Part shown: positions 50,001 to 61,500 of the stretch, in pieces
Layout of the letters: the number at the start of each line of letters is the position of its first letter
Position numbering within the stretch: position 1 is the stretch's first letter
Assembly: GCA_964187785.1 (NCBI GenBank)
Contig: OZ076413.1
Span: forward strand, 74,214,001 to 74,278,000
Source: Amphiscolops sp. MND2022
Taxonomy: Eukaryota
DNA length: 64,000 bases
Direction of reading: 5' to 3'
Notes under the pieces: model-generated
Databases searched by the model: none
What the model was told of the DNA's origin: nothing
The model's input: the letters and a program-made list of their open reading frames with translations, nothing else
Position numbers and translations under genes: made by a program

Positions 50001-52150
50001 ATTGTTTTCTTACCCAGTTCCATTCAAGAGTTGTCGCAGTCTTTCAGTTCATTCCAATAATTTCGGTATAAAGTTTGCGAAGTGCTATATTGCACCGAAG
50101 TATGAGTTTAGGTGTGTTTGATTCCCCCTGGATGTTCCCAATTTAAAATGGTTTTAATTTTTTGTTCGGTTTGACTCCGTTTTCATAAGTTTCGAGTCCC
50201 AGCTGTTTCGTTTTGTGTAGGAAATTTTCAGATTGTCTTTCGCTAGCTCGGTTTCCGGCATTTTCCAGTCATTTTAGCACGTCGAATAGTTCCTCTCCAT
50301 GCTCTGTCCAGTCACGTCTATTCACCACTATTGTGTCATCCAACCAAGAATGTGTCCAGTATTCCATTGTTCGGTCAGGTTTTTGGAGAATCAACGGGAT
50401 TTCGACTAGACCGTAGAATCCTTTTTCAAAGGAATAGTTTTCTGGCTTTTTCTCCGGTGAGCGCGATTACACAATGTCGGCTTGTTTCTTGTGATTAGTT
50501 CATTTGACCATTTGGTTATTCAAATTCAATGTCCGATATCATCAGTCCCTTTGCTTGGTCTCTTGTGATCTCTACCGAGTTTTGAGTTTATCTTTCATCC
50601 ATATTCCCCCTGTTAGCTGTAATTTTTATACATCTGTCATTTTTTCCAGTTCAATGCGATCTTTGCTGACTTGTCATTTTTACCGTTATTTCTACGAGGG
50701 AAACAAAACTGTTTTCATCCACGTAAATCACTTTCCATAAATATCAGATTTTATTGATTTCTCTAATTCTCTACCGACTTCTTCTTGGACTTTGCCTCGA
50801 TTTCTGTTTTACTGGATAATATCCGGTTTAGGCTGTACCTTGATTTCGACATCTTTTTTTGTGCTGTTGTTCTTGTATGGATTCGGAAACTAAATTTCTA
50901 ATCACTCGTCCCCTTTTTTGATTGGTTGCTCTCGTCCAATCGGTTGTTTCTGGTTGTTAGGTTGAATTTCTTCAGGCAGTCCATTTTGAGTACCTGCGTG
51001 ATATCGTTTCTTTCGGTATTTAGTGTTTGCATCTTTTTTTTGTTGCTTGCGTATTCAAAGTCTGCAGGGATCCTTCCGCGGAACTTCACTTCATTCATGT
51101 TTACAATTTGGTATCGGCGTTTCACTTTCCGTAGCTCGGTTTCCTCCAATTTACTTTCATCTGCCGGTATTATTGAGATTGGTGATCCGGTAATCACTAT
51201 TGAGTTCTTTGGAATACCATTCACTACTACTGTCAGGTATTTGTTTTTCGTCAAATACTGATTCTTTTTATCTTCGCAACTCTGTTCATACTTGATTCTG
51301 ATTCGGCGGATTGATTCTCCTCAAATTGCTGTTGTTTGTTCTTCGGTCACATTTCGTCTTTGTATTTTTTTCTAGGATTGCAGAGTTTATCGAATGCCCA
51401 TTATGTGCTGGGTTCCAGTTTGGTGTTTTGCGGAATTTGTAAGATTTGTCGTTTATTGGTTTAATTGTACCGAATCTCTACAGTTATTTCTCGTTTCGGG
51501 ATATGGGCTTCAGCTAATTTTTTTCAGTTTTTATCTTGTTGGTTTTTCGATCAGTTCGATCGCCCGCTACAGTTTAGGCTTCTTTTCTATCATCTGTTTG
51601 TCACAGAGTCTTGTATCCGTAATTGCGCTCATGAACATTGAAGTGAATCTTTCTGCGGCTGTTGTTCCCTCGGATGAACATTTAGTCTTCAATTACATTT
51701 AGTCGCTGCCAGAAGTTTCCTGTTGTTTCGGTTTCCGTGTCTCTCGTCCAAAAGCTTTCTCCACGGGTGTGGTAAGTGTTCTTTTTTGGTAGGAAATATT
51801 CAATGAATAATTTTATGAGGTCCTTTACAGTTTATTTGTCGGGTTCTGTTTTGTTCCCCGCCATTGTCATCTGGAATAATGCTTCTGGGTCGTTGCCCCA
51901 TAAAATTCTTCTTGTGTTTCAGTTTCTTTATCGGCCCATCCGGTTTGTGTCATTTCGGCCCCCTGTATCAGTTCTGTGATATCCATCTTGTTTTTTATTT
52001 TTATGCTTGGCCGGAATGCTTTGAGCCGTTGTTTAGGTGTGAATTTTCTTTTGCCGTCAGTTGTAGCCTCGAGGTTCTCTACTTCAATGTGTTTCGCTTC
52101 TTGTGCATTTTCTTCGTTTCGGTTAATTTAGTGTTGGTAAGTAGTTAAGA
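47050..52150 (-). mobile_element. Gypsy-3: 5'-truncated, degenerate Gypsy element
   Basis: Gag knuckle remnant, protease-like ITGSPISII, RT HSWLDD (~50345), RNase H LYTDHQAL, integrase remnants. PPT 47509-47524, then LTR TG at 47508. Left end approximate. Confidence 0.85.
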
Positions 52151-55027
52151 TTGCCAACTCAGAATAGAAAAACAATCTAGATTTGCAAAAGTTTGTTTTG
52201 AGTAATCTGTCGACTAAACTATGCAGTTTCAAAATCTAGGATCAAATGATTTGATGTCACACTGTGAAAATAAATACTATGTTTACACACATACATGTAG
52301 TCTAAGACAAGAAATATAAACTTCGTTTGATATGAAACTGAACTGGCATGAAGAAGTCTGAGTTTTGATTGATAGAACTTCCGAACAGATCGGTTCGGTA
52401 TGTACATCTTTTGACAAAATATGTCTCTATCTTTTACACTGACTACCCTTAAAGCTTGGTCACTAGAATTTTTGCGGAAAAACTTGCGTTGAAACAGGGA
52501 CTTGTTCCAATGCTGGTTTCGACAAAAATATCAGAAACTTAGAGAGTCATTTTTTGCTACAAGTGTTAAAACAGCTGTAAAGGAAACCCTCTAAGTAACA
52601 AGTATTTTCATTGATATAAGGTTCTTTTTTTTGTGGAAGATTTTTCAAGAACAAAATGTGTTTTCTTCATGGGGGGATTCGAAGGAATTCGTTTGTGTCA
52701 TCCAACCAAGAATGTGTCCAGTATTCCATTGTTCGGTTAGTTTTTCTTGGAGGATCAACGGGATTTCGACTAGACCGTAGAATCATTTTTCAAAGGTATA
52801 GTTTTCGCTGACTTTTTCTGCGGTTAGCGCGAATACGCAGTGTCGGCTTGTTTCTTGTGATTAGTTCATCTGACCATTTGGTTATTCTAAATCAATGTCC
52901 GATATCATCAGTTTCTTTGTTTGGTCTCTTGTGGTCTCTACCGAGTTTTGAGTTTATATTTCATCCATGTTCCCCATGTTAGCTGTAATTTTTATACATC
53001 TGTCATTTTTTTCCAGTTCAATGCGATCTTTGCTGACTTGTCATTTTTACCGTTATTTCTACGAGGGAAACAAAACTGTTTTCATCCACGTAAATCACTT
53101 TTCATAAATATCAGATTTTATTGATTTCTCTAATTCTCTACCGACTTCTTCTTGGACTTCGCCTCGATTTTTGTTTTACTGGATAATATCCGGTTTAGGC
53201 TGTACCTTGATTTCGACATCTTTTTTTGTGATGTTGTTCTTGTATAGATTCGGAAACTACCTAATCACTCGTTTTATTTGATTGGTTGCTCTCGTCCAAT
53301 CGGTTGTTTCTGGTTGTTAGGTTGAATTTCTTCAGGCAGTCCATTTTGAGTAACGGCGTGATATCGTTTCTTTCGGTATTTAGTGTTTGCATCTTTTGTT
53401 TGTCGCTTGCACAGGGATCTTTCCTCGGAACTTCACTTCATTCATGTTTACAATTTGGTATCGGCGTTTCACTTTCCGTAACTGGGTTTCCTCCATTTTA
53501 CTTTCATCTGCCGGCAGTTTTGAGAATGGTGATCCGGTAGTCTTTTACGAGTTCTTTGGAATACCATTCACCACTGCTGTCAGGAGTTTGTTTTTCGTCA
53601 CTGATTTTATTTATCTTCTCAACTCTGTTTATACTTGATTCGGATTCGGCGGATTGATTCTCCTCTAATTGCTGTTGTTTGTTCTTCGGTCACATTTCGT
53701 CTTTTTTTTTCTAGGATTGCAGAGTTTACCAAATGCCCATTTTGTGCTGGGTTCCAGTTTGGTGTTTTGCAGAATTTGTAAAGATTTGTCGTTTATTGGT
53801 ATAATTGTACCGAATCTTTACAGGTATTTCTCGGTTCGGGATATGGGCTTCAGCTAATTTTTTTTCCAGTTTTTATCTTGTTGGTTTTTTGATCATTTCG
53901 ATCGCTCGCTACAGTTTCCGTTTCTTTTCTATCATCTGTTTGTCACAGAGTTTTGTATCCGTAATTACGCTCATGAACTTTCAAATGAATCTTTCGGCGG
54001 CTGTTGTTCCCTCGGATGAACAATCTGTTTCAATTACGTTTAGTCTCTGCAAGAAATTTTCTGTTGTTTCGGTTTCCGTGCCTCTCGTCCAAAAGCTTTC
54101 TCCACGGGTGTGGTAAGTGTTCTTTTTTGGTAGGAAATATTCATTGAATAATTTTATGATGTCTTTTACTGATTATTTGTCGGGCTCTGTTTTGTTCCCC
54201 GCCATTGTCATCAGGGATAATGCTTCTGGGTCGTTGCGCCATAAAATCTTCTTGTGTTTCAGTTTCTGTATCGGCCCATCCGGTTTGTGTCATTTCGGCC
54301 CCCTGTATCAGTTCTGTGATATCTATCTTGTTTTTTATTTTAATGTTTGGCCGGAATGTTTTGAGCCGTTGTTTAGGTGTGAATTTTCTTTTGCCGTCAG
54401 TTGTAGCCTCGAGGTTCTCTACTTCAATGTGTTTCGCTTCTTGTGCATTTTCTTCATTTAGGTTAATTTAGTGTTGATAAGTGGTTAAGATTGCCGACTC
54501 AGAATAGAAAAACAATCTAGATTTGCAAAAATTCGTTTTGAGTAGTTTGTCGACTAAACTATGCAGTTTCAAAATCTAGGATCAAATGATTTGATGTCAC
54601 ACTGTGAAAATGAATACCATGTTTACCAACATACATGTAGTCTAAGACAAGAAATATAAACTTCGTTTGATATGAAACTGAACTGGCATGAAGAAGTCTG
54701 AGTTTTGATTGATAGAACTTCCGAACAAATCGGTTCGGTATGTACATCGTATGACAAAATATGTCTCTATTTTTTACTTTGACTACCCTTAAAGCTTGGT
54801 CACTAGAATTATTGCGGAAAAATTTGCGTTGAAAGAGGACTTGTTCCAATGCTGGTTTCGACAAATTGTCAGAAACTTAGAGAGTCATTTTTTGCTACAA
54901 GTGGTAAAACAGCTGTAAAAGGAATTCTCTAAGTAACAAGTATTTTCATTGATTTAAGGATTTTTTTTTGTGAAAGATTTTTATTCAAGAACAAAATGTG
55001 TTTTCTTCTTGGGGGGATTCGAAGGAA
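50331..55027. repeat. Tandem duplication, units 50331-52687 and 52693-55027
   Basis: Both units start TTGTGTCATCCAACCAAGAATG and end GGGGGGATTCGAAGGAA. They are colinear with scattered substitutions and indels. Confidence 0.92.
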
Positions 55028-55202
55028 GGTCTACCTGGGGGGGGGGGGGGTTGGTGGATGGTTCAGACACATGGTCCCAAAAATTTCCTGTTAGAAGACT
55101 TAAGGAATAATATAAACATGATGTTGATACTTATCGTTTTTGTTGAGTTATCTTTTTTTCTCAAGCATGTTACATGGCCGCACAGCTGATCGAATGAATG
55201 CA

Positions 55203-55525
55203 CTCTGTACCTTTTCCATCTGAATTTCACCGAAATGAATGTCAACTCCGTCTGTACAAAATTGAAAATCGCCGCCGTGCAACTTAACTTTGCCAAAGAG
55301 AGAATCAATTTTGCTTGAACGAAAGTCATTTCCGCCGTAGCGAAACTCCATTTCACACAAAAAATCGATTAGCAAAGTCATTTTCTTTTTTGGCAAAATT
55401 CAATTTCGTATTGGCGAAAATTTTTTTCACGAAAGCGAAATTGAAATTCGTTCACGCGATCCTGATTCTCATCTTGGCAAAGTTCTATTTCATTTTGGCG
55501 AAATTGACATGGAAAAAGTATAGAG
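55203..55525. mobile_element. MITE-like element with ~37-bp imperfect TIRs
   Basis: CTCTGTACCTTTTCCATCTGAATTTCACCGAAATGAA versus the reverse complement of the right end, CTCTATACTTTTTCCATGTCAATTTCGCCAAAATGAA. No TSD seen. Confidence 0.6.
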
Positions 55526-56589
55526 GACGATGACACAATAAAACACATTGCAAGGTCTCCCTTCTTTTCCATGTCCCCTATCGACCAACTGTTGTTCCCC
55601 CCACCCAACTCCTGATTAGCAGCTCAAGGCACCATTCAACAACCGCATGGGGAATCTCCACGTGCTATTCGTTCTTAGCCAACTTATCTTGTTTAAGGCA
55701 GGGATGTCGCAACAAAATTAGTGTTCAATGTGGCAACAAAACTCTGTGGATGAAAAAGTTTTGTTTTTCTTATCCCAAATAAGCTAATACTTTCTTAATG
55801 AAGAGTTTCGGGATGCCTGGATCTTTCAAAAAAATGAAAAAGGCTTTGATTTTATTGAAGCTCCGTTTACGATCACAAACACCATATCATTACCTAGTTC
55901 AGCTGGTTTGGTAAAACGTGACATTAACGTAGAATTTGAAAAGAAAAAAAAATAAAATTTTTAAAAAGGAGGCAGTCGATGCTTGGAGTTTTTACCAATC
56001 GACGTGAACAATTCCTGGTCCCCTGGGACAACTTGAAACAAATCCTGAAAGAACCAGACATGGGAGCTTTCTTCATTTTATAGAAACTTTTTAGCCGATA
56101 GAAGTATTAGCTAATCTTAGTTTAGGAAGAGCTGGTACGACTAGTCTAATTACTGGAACAAGCGACAGAACCCGACCAGCACAGACCCAACACCCGTGTA
56201 AAAGCAAAAGAAGGCCATCCAGAGAAAGGAAAGATAGAGAGCTAGAATCACCGTATCACCTGCTTACGCAAAGAACTCTGGATTTGTGTCAACTCATTTG
56301 TAACTTCCAAAGTATAGGAATGATTTGTGATTGTCAGTGCTGAAAACGCCGGTGATAGTTGGGTTCCACAGCAGAGTAGCTTGTAATTCAGTCGTTGGTT
56401 AGAAGTCTGTCAGTAGAGCCCTTCGTGACTAGGTTTATATCCCTGTCTCGGGCTGAATTCGTGTTTGCTTTCATTCGACTCGTTTGCTGGCAAAAACAGT
56501 CATACCTAATGGACTGACCGCAATCAAGTGCTTCTACGGTTGCAAATCAGAGCTGCAAATAAAACATCAATTTAAAGTCACATGTTTAA

Positions 56590-58370
56590 TGACTGTGGCT
56601 TTTTCGAGTTTCTCCAGTCCAAGTTGATTTCACAAACTGTGTTGGATGAATCCCATTGTGCTAAACATTTGCTCCAGACCAGCGGATTGCCAAATTGCAG
56701 ATTTCAGAAGGAAGGTTTCCCATTATCATCTGATACACCAAATATCTGGCACGTTGTTTACGACCTCCTTCGTTGAAATCAGACTTAATGATCGCTCTTT
56801 TTTCCGCAATGAAATCAACCAAAGCTGATCGGCAGTCAAGATGATTTTTCGGTATCCATTCATCCGCTTTTTTCAGCTCCGCTTCAGCCAACGCATCACC
56901 CAGCAACTTAGGACAGATGAGCTACGCAAACCAAGAAGCCGGAACTGAACACTTGTACCTTTGTTCTGCATTCAACAGCCACTCCATTGTTTCAGAACCT
57001 TGGTCACGGAAAGTCAGTTTTTTTCACAGCATCGACAGCATCAGCGATAGAAAAACTATTGGACTGAAAGAAGTTAAGTGCTTGTGAAATTGGTTTCAGG
57101 AAGTTTTTGCGTCCTCAACGTTTTTCAAATGAATGACGTCTTTTAGAAGCGTTTTAGAAGACTTTGATCATTTCCTTGATGTCTTTGGAATCTGCTACCC
57201 GGAAGGGGCTGCTAGAAGAATAAAAATATCGAGCAATGGTGCGGTCAAAAAACTCATCTGCTCTGCACTTGTTCGCACAACATCCCAGGTTTTCAATCTT
57301 TGCGAATCTGTAAAGATCTGCAGGATTTTTCTGCAGGGTTCTGCAAAGATCGTTGCACTGAATCTTGAAGATCCATACAGATCTGCAAGATCTTTACAGA
57401 AGTGTGCAGATTTTCTTTAAAGATTTTTGCAGAAATGGGTTTTTCTGCAGCGTTTACGTTTTCATTCTGGATTCATTGTGATAGCCTGTACATTTTCTTT
57501 GTGTTCGCTTTTCTCAACTCAAGTGAAAAAAATGAGGAGGAATACTGTTCTTTGGTGAAATATTCAAAACAAAATCAAGAAAGACGAAACTATACAGAAT
57601 AAAAAAGTCAGTTTTGGAACAGTGGGCTGTATTGAAGAAAAGATGTCACTAATTCGATGACATTGAAGGAAGCCACTCCAAAAATGAAGCTTCCGACGGT
57701 TTGAAAAGCCCAGAAATTGAACAGCGCCGGCTTCCAAGGTTGCTTCGTACCAGCTGAGTGCCAGATGCTAACTCAATGGAATTAGTTCCAGGTAAAACCT
57801 TCTGAAACATAACAGGAGACATTCAATGATTGACGATGACGTTGACCTACTTGGGTTACAAAATGGAAACAAAGTAAAAACCTATAGTAAAGCTCCGTTC
57901 GATAGTTTCCAAAACTGAAACATTGTCATAATTGAGACTTTTCTCCAGTTTCGATTTTTTTATTCAGTTGACATCGCTGTGGGGTAAAATGTTTTTATTG
58001 TGTTTCTGAGTTTGTCCTTTTTTCGAATCTGCACTGTTCTGCAAAGATCTGCAAAATTCCTGCAGATCGGCACTGTTCTGCAAAGATCTGCAAAGTTCCT
58101 GCAGATCTGCACGTATCTGCAAAGATCTGTAGAAATCCTGCAGATCTGCACATATCTGCAAAGATCTGCAAAAATCCTGCAGATCTTTACAGATTTGCAA
58201 AGATCGAAAACCTGGGATGATTGTCCATTGTCGATTGAGGTTGTGAGCCTCTTTCAGTGGAAAGAAGTTGGCACAAATCTCGAAAATGTTTTTCATTCTC
58301 TCCACAAGTCCTGCCATTTCATTGTTGCAGTAATTACATCTTGCTCGGTTTCGTTGTTGAATTCGAATTG
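56590..58370 (-). pseudogene. Degenerate, internally deleted hAT transposase interrupted by a TIR element
   Basis: BED-finger-like RARCNYCNNEMAGLVERMK; IARYFYSSSSPFRVADS; PISQALNFFQS; C-terminal SAGLEQMFSTMGFIQHSL.NQLGLEK (hAT dimerisation-type motif). Confidence 0.75.
57284..58216. mobile_element. Non-autonomous TIR element, CCCAG...CTGGG ends, 2-bp TSD AT (CMC/EnSpm-like)
   Basis: ~42-bp TIRs CCCAGGTTTTCAATCTTTGCGAATCTGTAAAGATCTGCAGGA. Subterminal CTGCAAAGATCTGCA repeats. AT on both flanks. Confidence 0.82.
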
Positions 58371-58539
58371 AGTCATGCTTGCGACCCTAACAACTCATTT
58401 GTCATGTGATCTGAAAGAAAGTCTTCAGCAGCGAGCTGTCTACTCATATAAAATCTACGGGTGTTCAAAACAAAAAAAAACAATTGTGTTTGAAACGCGC
58501 AACCCTTGTTTAAATACCAACCACACACGTAATTTGTTC

Positions 58540-61500
58540 TTTTCTTCGGACGTGTTATGTGAATATGGCCATTGGATCTTTCATTGGTGTGTTATCATCC
58601 TTTAGAAATCGCTGTGTTCAATTTGGTCACAACAAATTTTTCATACCCAGAAACATCCTTGATATATATGCTACCGTATCTATTCGGTCTGTTTGTATTT
58701 CGGTTTGACCGCCTATGATTATTTTCTGTATTCTCACCCTGAGGCATTTCCCCGTCTGTGTGGATTTGTATTGCATCATTTTCGGGGTCGTCTGTCCGTA
58801 TTGGGACGTCGAGTCCTCGTAGGCAATGTTGGTTCTTCGGTGTTATTTCGGCAGAGACTGTGGGTGCGGATTCTCTTCGGTGTCTTTTCTCGCTCTGAAA
58901 TAGTGGACCCGAAATGCATTTTCGGCGTAATATCCCTCCCCTAATCTGTTTTACGGTTTTCTCAGTTCCGCTTATTGCGGTTTGTATTTTTGATTGAAAT
59001 CTCCCTCCTAAAGATTTTCGGTTGTGTCTTTTTTCTAAGAATTTAAATGGATATCAAACCAAGTTTCTCTTCTTCGGTGACTTTGTCTCCGCAGCCAGTT
59101 GCCGTTCTTCGGTTTTTGTTCGGGCCATCACCATGTGGTTGGTGATTTCCCCGTCAGCGTCCCTTTCGGCATATATTGGTATTTTGGGCCGATTTGGTGC
59201 TGAATAGGATAACTCTGAACAATTTGACAGAAAGGATTTCCCATCTTTTATTATATTGGATAGCTCCGTGCTCGGTTTTCGACCGTGGTGAAGTTCGAAT
59301 GGCGTTTTCTTTAGTCCCGTATGTATTGTGAACCGCATTATTCTTAACGCTCAATTTACGCTTTGGGTTAGATTGTTACCGTCTTCCATATTAGCTAGTA
59401 TCAGGTTTTTCATTGCTTGTATTGCTCTTTCAACTGTTCCGTTTCCGGTATGCATTCGCGGTGGTCAATATTGTACTTCTGTATTTCGGGATTTACAAAA
59501 TTGTTTGTATTCGATTGAAATGAATGCTCCACCTTTATCAGGGTTAATTTTTTCTGGGACACCGTATAAATTAAACAGATTTGATAGGAAACTTATGACT
59601 TCTTTTGTTTACGACGTTTTGCAAATTTTTGCCGTCGGCCATTTGCTGAACCGATCTATTGCAATTAGTAATTGAGGTTCTCCGTTTAAATTGTTGTTAT
59701 GTAGTTTTCCGGTAAAATCAATTTGTAATTCTTGTCCGGGTTCGGATAGTTTTTCTAATTTTCCGTATTGATTTTTTGGATATTGATATTTAAGGTTCTT
59801 ACCTGTAGCTGAATAGGTTCTTACCCGGTAGACTGCAGGCTGTGCAGTCCTTTACTTTTTGTTCAATATCGTTCCGCATTTCCGGCCACCAAAAGATCTT
59901 CGCGTTCAAAAACATTTTGGCTGTTCCGGAGCGGCCGAAGTGTAAGATTTCGTTCAGTTTTCTTCGTAAGTCAATTGGAACGGCAATCTGGTCGTCTACA
60001 AAGCCTAAACCCCACCGAATTGAAAGCTTGTCAAAAACCGGCCTGTAACCTTCCGGTGCGGTATCTTTTTCTTCTCTTCTCATACTGGCTCGGACTCGTG
60101 TCATTTCCGGATCAATTGCCGTTTTTGAGATAAGAATTTTCAAGTCGAGCATGAAATTGAATTCTGCTTTCTTTATATTCTCTTCGGTCAATTTCTTGAT
60201 TTCGGTGATTCTTCCCACTATGTGATTAATTTGGAAATAGTGGGCTTCTTCTCCATCTGTGTGGTATTTGCTAAGATCGACAATCGGTAGGTTTTCTCCC
60301 CGCATTATCACACTGTCTTCCGCGGTGTATACCTTGTTTCGTTCGGCTTGTAATTCTCCTCCTTCCGGTGCCTCCGGTTTTTCTTCTTCTTCGACTTGTA
60401 TTGGCCGGTATCCTCCACCGATTCGGTTTGCTCTATGTGTGAGTTCGGCGTCTACCTCCGCAATTTTTTCGCGGCTTCTTTTGTTCCGTCTTGACGGTGT
60501 GAATATAATTCTTTGCGATTGTGTGTCGTATCGTCTCCGCATAGTTCCGGGTTTTGCTAAGGCTTCTCTTCTTTCTACTAGACGTCGTGGCTCGGGGCTT
60601 TTTTTCCGTCTTCTAATGATTTCCATTTTTCCCGGGTTGCCTCCCAGTGATACAAACTTTCTCGATTCATCTTCTCGTCGTCGATGCTTGTTTCTCTTTT
60701 TAGGTTTACACTTGTCTTCGCGGTGCTAATTCCGGTGTGCCCGGATGTGGTATTCTCGCTGGTGTTGGTTTTGTTCACGTGGCATTTGTTCTGGAATGTT
60801 CTATTTTCATGTGATTGGTAGTTGTTTTGCTCATTTTTGTTCTCGGATAGATTTTGATTTGTCTCGGTGTCTGGTTTGCTGCATTCTGATTGGCTATCGA
60901 ACAATGAACTGTATTTTGCGTTCAGTTTCGGGTAATTGGCTAATATGTCGATTATATATCCTTCGTCGTATTTGCTTTCTGTTGGTGCTGCCTCTACCGG
61001 ATTTCTACTGAGGCAGTCGGTAAATTTTAGGTTTCTACCGGCGATATGTTGAACTCTGATGTCAATATGTGCTAGTCGGTCTAACCATCTCGTTAGTCTT
61101 GCGCTATATTGATGATTGCTTCGGTTTCGTTTTAATATAGGTTCCAATGCTTGGTGGTCTGTGTATAAATGTACTTTCTTTCCGTATAAATAAAATCGGA
61201 ATTTTTCCAGTCCCCAAACTACTGCCAATAATTTCGAGTTCACCGATTGAATAATTCTTTTCGGTATCAACTAAATATCTGCTGCCGAATGCGATCGGTT
61301 ATATTTCTGTTCGTTATCTTGTTTTGCCAGAGTGTTATATCGAGTCCGATTTTACTCGCGTCCGCGGTTACCATGTTACACTTATCTTTGCGTAGTGTGC
61401 TAGAAATGGTTTTATCGGTCAGCATCTGTTTTGTTTGTTTGAAATCTTTTTCTTGTTCTTCTCCCCAAATCCATGGTTCGTTCTTTTTCAACAGTTTTCT

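Noticed and set aside
52150-52690. Flank segment as the Gypsy-3 5' LTR or as a protein-coding gene
   Set aside because: No PBS or TG/CA ends, gag is truncated at the junction, it does not match the 3' LTR starting at 47508, and the ORFs are not recognisable.
55037-55050. G14 run as a functional G-quadruplex
   Set aside because: A simple homopolymer at a repeat junction with no supporting context; its length may be a sequencing artefact.
56661-56906. Possible gag capsid fragment
   Set aside because: Flanking frames give hAT motifs (PISQALN...; SAGLEQMFS), so it fits the transposase better.
57960-58371. ORFs with repeated DLQ/CRS motifs
   Set aside because: They are translations of the MITE subterminal repeats; only the BED-finger part outside the MITE is meaningful.
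58860-59000. Integrase tail reading through the PPT into the LTR in Gypsy-3/4
   Set aside because: Stops in all frames near the PPT, so it cannot be supported from these degenerate copies.
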